Assembly (NCBI GenBank): GCA_036258735.1
Contig: DATADC010000073.1
Coordinates: forward strand, 6,694 to 70,693
Source of the DNA: Candidatus Limnocylindria bacterium
Lineage (GTDB): Bacteria > Chloroflexota > Limnocylindria > QHBO01
Direction: 5' to 3'
Length of the DNA: 64,000 bases
In this document: positions 42,753-51,641 of the stretch, piece after piece
How the letters are laid out: each line of letters starts with the position of its first letter
Position numbering within the stretch: position 1 is the first letter of the stretch
Translations under genes and position numbers: made by a program
The notes under the pieces: generated by a model
What the model saw: the letters and a program-made list of their open reading frames with translations, nothing else
What the model was told of the DNA's origin: nothing
The model's database searches: none

Positions 42753-42896
42753 TCAGCCCCCGATCTTGAACATCTTGGTGCCGCACACCGGGCAGGTGCC
42801 CTGGGTGGCCGGCTTGCCGTTCTTCATGGTGATCTTCTGCTCGTTGGACATGTCGCGCTTCGCCTTGCACTTGACGCAGTAGGCATTGGTCGCCAT
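42753..42896 (-). CDS. small zinc-ribbon protein (DUF5679-like), 47 aa
   Basis: MATNAYCVKCKAKRDMSNEQKITMKNGKPATQGTCPVCGTKMFKIGG, with two CxxC pairs. SD GGAGAAGGAGG lies 9 nt upstream of the ATG. The track ORF's longer N-terminus is antisense to the phosphorylase gene. Confidence 0.6.
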   Translation of the reverse strand: MATNAYCVKCKAKRDMSNEQKITMKNGKPATQGTCPVCGTKMFKIGG

Positions 42897-42939
42897 CGGT
42901 AGGTAGCCTCCTTCTCCGACCGGCTCAGCCGGTATGCGG

Positions 42940-43743
42940 TTACCGTCCCCGCTCCTGGTCCGTCGTCCAGAGCAGGTGGATGCCGGAAAGCCCGGCATCG
43001 ATGCAGCGCGCCTCCGCGGCCTCCTTCGCCGCGCCCTCGAGGAAGGTTCCCTCGGTTCGTTGTGCGTACGCCGCACAGATGGTCCCGGCGCGGAGCCCCG
43101 CGAGGCTCGCCAGCACGAAGAGTGCCGACGATTCCATCTCGAGGTTCGCGACGCGCTGGCGCCGCAGTTCCTCCGCGAGCTGAGGATAGCGAACCGGGAG
43201 CGTGCGCATCGCCCTTCCCTGCGGAGCGTAAAAGCCGCTGGCCGTGGCCGTCAGCCCCAGGTGATGGGCATATCCCAGCTGGAGGCACGCCTGCTCCAGG
43301 GCCGACACCACGTCCCGATGCGCGATCGCCGGGTACCCAGGATGGACGTAGAAATCGGTCGTGTTCTCCAGCCGCACCGCGCCGATGGAGATGACCAGGT
43401 CGCCCAGAGCGATCTCGGGCTGCAGCGCCCCACTGGACCCGACGCGGATGAAGGTCGGACGATCGGTGATCTCCATCACCTCGGCCAGCACGATCTCCAC
43501 GTTGTCGGTGCCCATCCCTGTGGACATGGCCGAGATCTGCATGCCCCGATAGGTGCCCGTGGCGGTCGTGATCTCGCGGTTGCTGCGCCGCAGATCCACA
43601 GCGTCCCAGCGGTCCGCCACCTTGGCCACCCGACCCGGGTCCCCGACCAGCAGGATGTGCTCGGCCAGCTCCCCACGCTCGAGCGCGATGTGGTACTGGC
43701 GCGCCCCGGCCAGCGGCCGGTCGGCCGCGGACAGGTCGGCCAA
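42940..43743 (-). CDS. nucleoside phosphorylase (PNP/UDP family 1; uridine-phosphorylase-like)
   Basis: LLVGDPGRVAKVA...AMSTGMGTDNVEIVLAEV...IRVGSSGAL...EMESSALFVLASL. TTG start with SD GGAGGTG. Confidence 0.85.
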   Translation of the reverse strand: MADLSAADRPLAGARQYHIALERGELAEHILLVGDPGRVAKVADRWDAVDLRRSNREITTATGTYRGMQISAMSTGMGTDNVEIVLAEVMEITDRPTFIRVGSSGALQPEIALGDLVISIGAVRLENTTDFYVHPGYPAIAHRDVVSALEQACLQLGYAHHLGLTATASGFYAPQGRAMRTLPVRYPQLAEELRRQRVANLEMESSALFVLASLAGLRAGTICAAYAQRTEGTFLEGAAKEAAEARCIDAGLSGIHLLWTTDQERGR

Positions 43744-43776
43744 CGTTGCGGTGCACCTCCAGGGAGCGTGGACCCG

Positions 43777-46452
43777 TCAGGTCGGCGGGAGTATACGCCG
43801 CACCTCCGAGCGTGAGGCCGTGCTCCGCGGCTCGGGCTGATCGACCGACAACGGGACCAGGCGTGCCACGCTGGCCTCCAGCGGCGAAAGCGCTCTGGGC
43901 CCCGGAGCCACGCTCCGCGGGATGCCGGGAAGCGGCGGCTCGTCCGTCGAGTCCTCTCGCTCGTCGCCAACCTGGTCCGCAGCCGGCTGCCGACGCTCGA
44001 GCAGTGCACGCAGACGATCGAGCAATCCCGGGCGGGCCGCCGCGATCGCGCCAAGCGACGCCAGCGCCGCGGCGACCAGCGCGAGAACGATCGGAGCCAC
44101 GCCATGCGCCGGCTCATCCCGCGACGAGCCCACGCTGGCCCGGCCAGGCGACGGGGTGCGTTCGGCGTCCTGCGTGGCGGCCACCAGGCGCGCCCGGAGC
44201 TGCGGGGAGCGCAGCTGAGGCCGCTCGCCGGAGCCAGCGGCTCCCGGTGCGGGAACGCCGCCCGCCGCAGGGCCGCCAGCCGGGTCACCGCCGTCGCCGC
44301 TCGTGTCGCGGCTGGCGCCGGAGCCCGCCGGAATGGTGCCCGGCGGCGAGACGATCCGCAGGTCGTTCGCGACGCGGGGCCAGAGCCGATACCCGCGCAG
44401 CGGCTGCTGTCCCGACGTTTCCTGGCCGAGGACGCCGGTGATCTCCAACCAGGATCCGAGCAGGATTGCGTCGGTCGCGATGGCCGAGTTCGGCGACACG
44501 AAGACGCGCAGCGGTCCGGACCCGTCGTCGACATCGAAGTACACGTTCTGCGCCGAGGTGCGTCGGGGAGCGGTCGTGACCGTGCCGCGCACCGTGACCA
44601 GCAACGCCTCGTGCGCCTCGCCGAGCGATCCGGTGGAGTGCCGCGCCGGCTCGGGCAGAGGTCGGCTGCCACGCACGGCCGGCGGCTCGGACAGCCGAAT
44701 GGTCTCCATGCCGGATTTGGTGGAGCGGACGCCGGTGAGCTCGAGCAGCTGGCCCATTTCAACGTGACCGGCCTCGTCGCCGAGGCGCAGGATCATCGCG
44801 CCCGACGAGTCCTGGATGGCCGCTGTGCCGTCTCCCAGCACGCTGGTCGGCAGCGTGACGACGCCGCGCACGCGGACGTCGGCGTTGAACGGCTGGCGGC
44901 GTGCGTCCGCCAAGCTGATGAAGCCAACGCCGCCGGACGGATCAGGGGATGCCGAGCTGCTGGGCGACGGCGATGCCGACGCCATCCTGACCTCGAGCAC
45001 GTCGGCGCCGTCGCGGGGCATGAACCGGTAGCCCTCCGTCCCGCTGCCGCTGGAGTCGCGCTGTCCGACCACGCCGCGCAGCCGTACGCGCGTGCCGCGC
45101 TCCCAGGCAGAGGAATCGATGCCGCTGGCGTCGAGGACCACCAGGCGCGTCGGGCCCGAGCCGTCGTCCAGGTCGAACGCCACCGCGCCGCTGAGCCGCC
45201 CGGGCGACGAGGCGATCGAGGCGGACACCTCCACCAGCTCACCCTCCAGCTCCTCGCCCACGGCGCCCGTCGTGGTGAGCTGCGTGGCAGGCTCCGATGC
45301 GGGACCGATCACGGCAATGCCCTCGGCCTCGGCGCGTAGGGTGCGCTGGTGATAGCGGTCGTCCAGCTCGCCGGTGATTCGCACGCGACTGGCGCGCGGG
45401 AAGGTGGCGCCAGAGGTGAGGACGGCGATTCCCGCGGATCCGTCGGTGACGTAGCCACCGCCGTCGGCGAAGGTCGAATCCGTGATGGCCACGCCCTCGA
45501 TGGTTGCGACCGAGCCGTCGGGCAGGGCCCGCGCCTCGGCGATCGATATCGCCGCCACCGGGGTCGGCGTGGCTGTCGAGGCTGTGGCGGTGGGCGTCGG
45601 GCTGGCCGCCGGAGTGAGCGTCGGCGTCGGCTGGGCCGTGGGAGTCGGAGTCCGGATCGGCGTCGGGGTCGGGCTCGTCGGTATCGTCGGCGACGCCGTG
45701 GGCGACGCGCTCTGCCCGGATCCGGATGCCGTCGGCGCGGAGGTCTCGATGGCCGTCGGGCTCGCGTCCCCACTGGAGGACGGCTGCGGCGTCGGCTCGA
45801 CCGGGATTGCGGGAGCAGCCGCGTTCTGCGGGTCGGGCAACGAACGGTCCACGAAGTCCGTCGCATTGTCGTTGGTGTCCTGCCCCGAGGCGGCAGCCCC
45901 ACCAGGCAGGCGCTCGAGCGAGTGACCAGCCGCCACGGCCGCGGCCGGCGCGCCCTCCATCCATGCGTTCGCCGCGTTTCCCCAACCGAGCGCGTCGAGC
46001 GCGGTGCCGGCGCCCTGGATCCGAATGGCGACGCTTCCGCCGGTCGCAGCCAGCCCATTGGCGTATGCCACGTCCGCGGCGGCGGCGTGCGCGCCGGCCT
46101 CGTTCGCGATCAGGACGTGCCCGCCCGGCGGCACGACGGGTGCCCCGGCCGGCCACGCCGCCTTGCGCGAGATCGTGGCCCCGCTGGCCGAGACGTAGAT
46201 GGCCTCGAGGCCCTCCAGCGATAGCGCCGAGGTGCTCGGGTTGTAGATCTCGATGAACTCATCCGATGCGGAGGCGCCTCCGGTCTGGACCTCGCTCACG
46301 ACGAGATGCCCGACCGGCTCGGCCGCCGCCAGTCGCCGGTCGACGGCGGGCGCTTCCGCAGACCAGTGGGTCCAGCCCGCGGCGCCCGTGGCCGCCATGA
46401 AGGACACCACCAGGCTCGCCAGCAGCATGGCCGTGGCGGCGACGAGCCCCAT
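43777..46452 (-). CDS. membrane-anchored surface protein with an N-terminal lamin-tail domain (LTD), a Pro/Thr-rich linker and three OB-fold-like repeats
   Basis: Signal/TM segment MGLVAATAMLLASLVVSFMAATGAAG, then LTD (HLVVSEVQTGGASASDEFIEIYNPSTSALSLEGLEAIYVS...GGHVLIANEAG) and a PT-rich linker. Three about 130-aa repeats follow (...IEGVAITDST..., ...VRGVVTLPTSV..., ...VRGTVTTAPRR...). A C-terminal TM (IVLALVAAALASLGAIAAA) and a basic tail end the protein. Start chosen at the internal ATG 46450-46452. Confidence 0.75.
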   Translation of the reverse strand: MGLVAATAMLLASLVVSFMAATGAAGWTHWSAEAPAVDRRLAAAEPVGHLVVSEVQTGGASASDEFIEIYNPSTSALSLEGLEAIYVSASGATISRKAAWPAGAPVVPPGGHVLIANEAGAHAAAADVAYANGLAATGGSVAIRIQGAGTALDALGWGNAANAWMEGAPAAAVAAGHSLERLPGGAAASGQDTNDNATDFVDRSLPDPQNAAAPAIPVEPTPQPSSSGDASPTAIETSAPTASGSGQSASPTASPTIPTSPTPTPIRTPTPTAQPTPTLTPAASPTPTATASTATPTPVAAISIAEARALPDGSVATIEGVAITDSTFADGGGYVTDGSAGIAVLTSGATFPRASRVRITGELDDRYHQRTLRAEAEGIAVIGPASEPATQLTTTGAVGEELEGELVEVSASIASSPGRLSGAVAFDLDDGSGPTRLVVLDASGIDSSAWERGTRVRLRGVVGQRDSSGSGTEGYRFMPRDGADVLEVRMASASPSPSSSASPDPSGGVGFISLADARRQPFNADVRVRGVVTLPTSVLGDGTAAIQDSSGAMILRLGDEAGHVEMGQLLELTGVRSTKSGMETIRLSEPPAVRGSRPLPEPARHSTGSLGEAHEALLVTVRGTVTTAPRRTSAQNVYFDVDDGSGPLRVFVSPNSAIATDAILLGSWLEITGVLGQETSGQQPLRGYRLWPRVANDLRIVSPPGTIPAGSGASRDTSGDGGDPAGGPAAGGVPAPGAAGSGERPQLRSPQLRARLVAATQDAERTPSPGRASVGSSRDEPAHGVAPIVLALVAAALASLGAIAAARPGLLDRLRALLERRQPAADQVGDEREDSTDEPPLPGIPRSVAPGPRALSPLEASVARLVPLSVDQPEPRSTASRSEVRRILPPT

Positions 46453-46657
46453 CGTCCGCACCCTCGACCGGGGACCTGCCTGGAAACGACGACCATCGTG
46501 AGCGGTCACGGAACGCACCTCCATCGGAAGGCGCGCAGGCCGAATGGGGCGCCATTAGGATGCCCGCCACGGCCTTACCCGCGGCTTACCGGGCCGTTAT
46601 CCGCGCCCATGCCCGCGCCGCGGAGGTCGAGCTGGCGGGACGTACAATCCGCGGGCC

Positions 46658-47335
46658 ATGACCAATCGTGCCCGCCACCGGGCGAGCGATCGCGCCCAGG
46701 CCCGCCGTCGCGCCCGCTACGCCGCACTGGGCCGCGCCGGACCGCTGACCGACTCGTCGTACGACCAGGAGACGCCCGAGGGGACCCCGAACGCTCGCCA
46801 GGAAGGCGGCACCTTCTTGACGCGCCTCTTTCCGCCCGCGCCGCCGCTGCGCGGGATGCCGGACCCGCTGGCCGGCTTCTCGTACGACGGCCCTCTTCGC
46901 GGCGTGGTCGGCGGGTTGTACCTCCTCGGCGTCCATCCGGTGCCGTGGCTCGGCATGGCGGCCGTGTGGGCGGTGGGCCGCACCATGCTGGCCTTCTCGC
47001 CGGTCGTGGGAATCCTGGGCATCCTCGCCTCGCTGGTTGCCTTCGGGTCGTTGATCGCCGCCGGCTGGCTGGGGTGGCCGCGCCCGTGGCTGTTCGGCCT
47101 GGCAGCGGCGGTGGCCGGCATCATCATCTACGCCGGCATCTCAGCCGCACTGATCAGTGGCGCGCCGGCGGCGGACGTCAGCGCTGGCGAGGCGTTCGCC
47201 GGCAGCATGTACTCAGAGGTGCTTGGGTTCCAGCCGCTCTTCGGAGCGCTGGCCGGCTGGTACGGCGGCTACCTGCGACGGCGGATGGCGGCGACCGGCA
47301 CAGCGGCGACGGGCCGGCGCAGAGCGCGCTCCTGA
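46658..47335 (+). CDS. hypothetical membrane protein
   Basis: 225 aa with high GC3, an Arg-rich cytoplasmic N-terminus and 4 predicted TM helices. No family recognised. Confidence 0.4.
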   Translation: MTNRARHRASDRAQARRRARYAALGRAGPLTDSSYDQETPEGTPNARQEGGTFLTRLFPPAPPLRGMPDPLAGFSYDGPLRGVVGGLYLLGVHPVPWLGMAAVWAVGRTMLAFSPVVGILGILASLVAFGSLIAAGWLGWPRPWLFGLAAAVAGIIIYAGISAALISGAPAADVSAGEAFAGSMYSEVLGFQPLFGALAGWYGGYLRRRMAATGTAATGRRRARS

Positions 47336-47612
47336 CGAGGGCGGCGAGGTGGCACGCATCGTGCTGATGTAGTGGCGAGGCGTTCGCTCTTGCGGACCAC
47401 ACGACCGGCACCCACGGGTCAGGCCGTCGCCAAAGGAAGCTCGGGCCGGCGGCGACATCCAAGGCCGATCCCGTCGGTCAGGTCCCTCAGAACGCCCGTA
47501 TATGGGGCCGTCGCCAGTCCGGGACCCTCCGTACCGGACAGCGGCGGTCCCTTTACGTGTCCGCCGATCGTCCGCCAGGTGTGCGCGAATGCACCACCCC
47601 GTCGTGCGGGCG

Positions 47613-50405
47613 TCAGATGGCGTGAACCGCGGCCGCCTCGCGCGCGACGGCGAGAGCTTCGTCGAACGTCGCCGCGAGCCCGAGCACCTCGCCGGTCGAG
47701 CGCATCTCGGGCCCCAGCTCGCGCTCGACGCCCGGGAGCCGCCACAGCGACCCGACCGGCGCCTTGACGGCCACGAGCGGCGCATCGTGCGCCAGGCCCC
47801 GCCGCAGGCCGACGTCGGCAAGCCTGGCGCCGAGCGCGCAGCGAACCGCGTCGGCCACCACGTCCCGCCCGGTCGCCTTGGCCACGATGGGTACCGTGCG
47901 GCTGGCCCGCGGGTTGGCTTCGATGACCACGATCGCGTCGCCGGCCACGATCATCTGGACGTTGAGGATCCCTCGCACGCCAAGCGCCAGGGCGATTCGG
48001 CCTGCGGCCGCCGCGGCCGCCTCCTGTACTTCGCGCGACAGCGACTGTGGCGGCACGACGGCCTCGGAGTCGCCGGAGTGCACGCCGGGCGGGTCGAGCT
48101 GCTCCAGGATGCCTGGCACGCACCAGTCGATGCCGTCGGTGATGGCGTCGACGTCCAGCTCCACGCCGGACACCAGCTCGTCGACGCGCAGCGGCCAGCC
48201 AACCTCGGTACGGAGAAGCGCCTCGAGGTCTCCGCCGTCCCGCAAGACGGCGATGCCCCGGCCGCCGATCACCCATGACGGCCGCACGATGGCCGGCAGG
48301 CCGAGTTTCGCCACGGCCGTTCGCAGCTCAGGCTCGTCGGCGGCCAGCTCCCCGCGCGGCCCGTCGAGACCCAGCGACTCGAGCAATCGGGCGAACCGCT
48401 CGCGATCCTCGGTCGTCTCGATGGCCTCGGCCGTCAGCCCGGCGATCGGCACATCGGCGTAGGCCAGGTCCTTGGCCAGGTCGATCGCGGTCTGCCCGCC
48501 GAAGGTCAGGATGACGTGCGGTGGCTCGCCGGTCAGGGCGCGCTCGTGGTCGATCACGTCCAGCACGCTCTCGGTGTCGAGTGGCTCGAAATACAGCCGG
48601 CTGCAGGCGTCGTAGTCGGTCGAGACCGTCTCGGGGTTGTTGTTGATGACGACCGCGTCAAGGCCCGTTGCGCGAATGGCCCAGGCCGCCCTGACGCTGC
48701 AGTAGTCGAACTCGATGCCCTGCCCGATGCGAATCGGTCCCGAGCCAACCACGATGACGCTGCGGCGCTCGGTGGGCGGCGGCACCTCGGGATGCGCGTA
48801 CGACGAGTAGAAGTACGGCGTCTCGGCCGGAAACTCGCCGGCGCAGGTGTCCACGCGGCGATAGATCGGGGCGATCCCGGCGCGGGCCCGCGCCCGGCGC
48901 ACGGCGACGGACGGGATGCCGGAGAGCCTCGCGATGTCGGAGTCGCCGAAGCCGTGGCGCTTGGCCTCGAGCAGCGGGGCTCCCACCACCTCGCGCTCGG
49001 CATCGATCAGCTCGGATAGGCGTTCGGTGAACCACGGCGCGATCCCCGTGGCGGTGCTCAGCCCGGCCGCATCGGTGAATCCGTGGCGCAGGAGGGCCAC
49101 CATCCGCCACAGGCGAGTGTCGGTGGGCTCCAGGAACGCGGACGGGTCGGTCGGGGCGCCATGGTCCAGCCCCCAGGCCGGGTCCTCCCAGGTCCAGCCG
49201 CGGCCCCGTGGCTCGAGCGAGCGGATCGCCTTGAGCAGGGCCGGCCCGAATTCGCGATCGATGGCCATCGCCTCGCCCGTGGCCTTCATCTGCACGCCAA
49301 GGCGACGGTCCGCGCTCGGGAACTTGTCGAACGGCCAGCGCGGCAGCTTCACGACCACGTAGTCGACGGCCGGCTCGAACGCCGCCGAGTTGCCGCCGGT
49401 GGCCGGGTTGGGAAGCTGGTGCAGCCGCTTGCCGAGGCCCACCAGCGCCGCGATCCTGGCGATCGGGTAGCCGGTCGCCTTGCTGGCCAGCGCCGACGAG
49501 CGGCTGACGCGCGGGTTGACCTCGATGACGCGGTAGTCAGAGCCGTCCGGCGAGACCGCGAGCTGCACGTTGCAGCCACCCTCAAGCCGCAGCGCGCGCA
49601 CGATGCGCAGGGCCGAGCGACGCAAACGCTGGACGACCGGGTCGGGCAGGGTCTGGATGGGCGCGACCACGATGGAGTCGCCGGTGTGGATGCCCATGGG
49701 GTCCATGTTCTCCATGCCGCAGATCGCGATGGTCGTGTCCGCCGCGTCGCGGATGACCTCGAACTCGATCTCGTACCAGCCCAGAAGGCTGCGCTCGACC
49801 AGCACCTGCCCGATGGGACTGGCGCGCAGGCCGGCCGCGATTCGCTCGCGAGCCTCCGCGGGTGTGCTGGCGAAGCCGCCGCCACCGCCGCCCAGGGTGA
49901 AGGCCGGGCGGACCACCACGGGCGCGCCCAGCCGATGGACGAAGGCCAGGCCGTCGTCCACCGACTCGACCACGGCGCTCTCCGGGACGGGCTCGCCGAT
50001 GCGCATCACCAGCTCACGGAATCCGCCGCGGTCCTCGGCGGCGCGCACCGCGTCCAGCGGCGTGCCCAGCACCCGGATCCCGTGGCGTTCGAGCACACCG
50101 GCGTCATCGAGGGCCACCGCCAGGTTGAGCCCGGTCTGCCCGCCGAGGGTCGGCAGCAGGGCGTCCGGGCGATGCGTGGCGATCACCTGCTCCAGGTAAG
50201 CGGCTGATAAGGGGCCGATAAGCACCGTTCCGCCAACATCGGGGTCGGTCATCACGGTGGCCGGGTTCGAGTTCACCAGGACGGTCTGCACCCCTTCCCC
50301 CCGCAGGGCGAGGCAGGCCTGGACCCCGGCGTAGTCGAACTCGGCCGCCTGACCGATGAGGATCGGACCCGAACCGATCACGAGCACCTTGCGAGGGAGG
50401 TTCAT
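47613..50405 (-). CDS. carB: carbamoyl-phosphate synthase large subunit, lacking the C-terminal MGS-like allosteric domain (930 aa)
   Basis: Two ATP-grasp halves (VLVIGSGPILIGQAAEFDYAG... and VIVVGSGPIRIGQGIEFDYC...). Protein ends at ...GPEMRSTGEVLGLAATFDEALAVAREAAAVHAI*, the point where the allosteric domain begins in canonical ~1070-aa CarB. Confidence 0.95.
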   Translation of the reverse strand: MNLPRKVLVIGSGPILIGQAAEFDYAGVQACLALRGEGVQTVLVNSNPATVMTDPDVGGTVLIGPLSAAYLEQVIATHRPDALLPTLGGQTGLNLAVALDDAGVLERHGIRVLGTPLDAVRAAEDRGGFRELVMRIGEPVPESAVVESVDDGLAFVHRLGAPVVVRPAFTLGGGGGGFASTPAEARERIAAGLRASPIGQVLVERSLLGWYEIEFEVIRDAADTTIAICGMENMDPMGIHTGDSIVVAPIQTLPDPVVQRLRRSALRIVRALRLEGGCNVQLAVSPDGSDYRVIEVNPRVSRSSALASKATGYPIARIAALVGLGKRLHQLPNPATGGNSAAFEPAVDYVVVKLPRWPFDKFPSADRRLGVQMKATGEAMAIDREFGPALLKAIRSLEPRGRGWTWEDPAWGLDHGAPTDPSAFLEPTDTRLWRMVALLRHGFTDAAGLSTATGIAPWFTERLSELIDAEREVVGAPLLEAKRHGFGDSDIARLSGIPSVAVRRARARAGIAPIYRRVDTCAGEFPAETPYFYSSYAHPEVPPPTERRSVIVVGSGPIRIGQGIEFDYCSVRAAWAIRATGLDAVVINNNPETVSTDYDACSRLYFEPLDTESVLDVIDHERALTGEPPHVILTFGGQTAIDLAKDLAYADVPIAGLTAEAIETTEDRERFARLLESLGLDGPRGELAADEPELRTAVAKLGLPAIVRPSWVIGGRGIAVLRDGGDLEALLRTEVGWPLRVDELVSGVELDVDAITDGIDWCVPGILEQLDPPGVHSGDSEAVVPPQSLSREVQEAAAAAAGRIALALGVRGILNVQMIVAGDAIVVIEANPRASRTVPIVAKATGRDVVADAVRCALGARLADVGLRRGLAHDAPLVAVKAPVGSLWRLPGVERELGPEMRSTGEVLGLAATFDEALAVAREAAAVHAI

Positions 50406-51577
50406 GCGCGGGCGGTAGCTGCGGCCATGTCGAAGACGCGAGCGGCGTCGACGGGGCCAGGTGCCCCCTCCGGATGGAACTGGACTGACGCGATGCGGCC
50501 CGAGGCATGGACCAGGCCCTCCACCGTGCCGTCGTTGAGGTCTCGGTGCGACACGCGGTAGCCGGCCCCGGCCAGCGCCGCGTCGTCAAGCACCGCCACC
50601 TCATGGTTGTGCGCGCCGATGTCCACGCGCCCCGTCTCGAGCTCCAGCACCGCGTGGTTTCCGCCGTGGTGGCCGACAGCCAGCCGCCGGGTACGCGCCC
50701 CCGCCGCCAGCGCCAGCAGCTGGTGGCCCAGGCAGATGCCGAGGATCGGAGGTCCGCCGGCCGTGGCATCGCGGGCCATGTCCGCCACCGCGGCGATCTG
50801 CGGCCGCATGCGGGCGGGGTCGCCGGGGCCGGGGGACAGGACGACCAGGTCCGGCTGCTTGGCGCGGACATCGTCGGCTCGGGCGTCGGGCGGAAGGACG
50901 TGGACCGCCAGGCCCCGATCGGTCAAGGCGCGCAGCAGCGAGCGCTTCACGCCGTAGTCGACCAGCACGGCACGACCACGCGCCGCGCGCTGCGGCTCAA
51001 GCACGTACGGTTCCCGGGTCGCCACCGCGGCGACGTGGTCCACGGACTCCCACGCCGGGCTGGCCGCGGCCGCCGTCGTCGCCTCGGCTTCGAGGACCGG
51101 CGCCGCACCTCGATCCGGCGAGGGCCAGACGACCGCGCGGCGCCGCGCGCCACGGCGCAACAGGAGCGTCAGCGCGCGCGTGTCGATTCCCTCGATGGCG
51201 GGAACCCCGGCATCGAGCAGCATCTCTTCCAGCGTCTCTCCCCTACCTGGTGGCGGCGTGACCAGGCGCGTGACGACCAGCGCACGCAGCCGGACGGCGG
51301 CGGACTCGAGCTCGTCGGGCCGGATGCGGTAGTTGCCGGCCATCGGATGGGTCAGGACCACGAGCTGGCCGGCGTACGAGGGATCGGTCAGGATCTCGCC
51401 CCAGCCGGTGGCGGCAGTGGTGAAGATGAGATCACCCTCGGCCGGGACGAGCGCGCCGCGCAGGCGGCCTCGGAACACCAAGCCCTCTTCGAGCGCCAGG
51501 ATGCCCGGAACCGAAAACGACGCCGGCCGCTCGGTGGCGGCTGGCGTCGTCTCGACTTGGCTGGGCAGGGTTTGCAT
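50402..51577 (-). CDS. carA: carbamoyl-phosphate synthase small subunit (glutamine amidotransferase)
   Basis: ILTDPSYAGQLVVLTHPMAGNY...ILGICLGHQLLALA (Cys-His GATase). ATGA overlap with carB. Confidence 0.95.
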   Translation of the reverse strand: MQTLPSQVETTPAATERPASFSVPGILALEEGLVFRGRLRGALVPAEGDLIFTTAATGWGEILTDPSYAGQLVVLTHPMAGNYRIRPDELESAAVRLRALVVTRLVTPPPGRGETLEEMLLDAGVPAIEGIDTRALTLLLRRGARRRAVVWPSPDRGAAPVLEAEATTAAAASPAWESVDHVAAVATREPYVLEPQRAARGRAVLVDYGVKRSLLRALTDRGLAVHVLPPDARADDVRAKQPDLVVLSPGPGDPARMRPQIAAVADMARDATAGGPPILGICLGHQLLALAAGARTRRLAVGHHGGNHAVLELETGRVDIGAHNHEVAVLDDAALAGAGYRVSHRDLNDGTVEGLVHASGRIASVQFHPEGAPGPVDAARVFDMAAATARA

Positions 51578-51641
51578 CTCGCGCTCCTTGCCGGTCTCAC
51601 GGGGCCGGCGTTAAAGGACCGCGCGGAGTGTAGTCGATCGG

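Noticed and set aside
43476-46256. ORFs 43476..44762, 44104..45339, 45239..46156, 45349..46224 and 45726..46256 overlapping the LTD surface-protein gene
   Set aside because: Alternative frames of a GC-rich, PT-repeat-containing gene. Only one frame yields LTD and repeat domains with signal and TM segments.
47336-47612. tRNA or sRNA gene in the 277-bp ORF-free gap downstream of carB
   Set aside because: No T-loop GTTCRANYC or anticodon-stem pattern is readable. The region is a convergent terminator zone. Cannot be excluded without tRNAscan.
47419-48276. 285-aa ORF and others (47764..48462, 49083..50207) inside carB
   Set aside because: Out-of-frame with the ATP-grasp signatures. Composition is typical of antisense translation.
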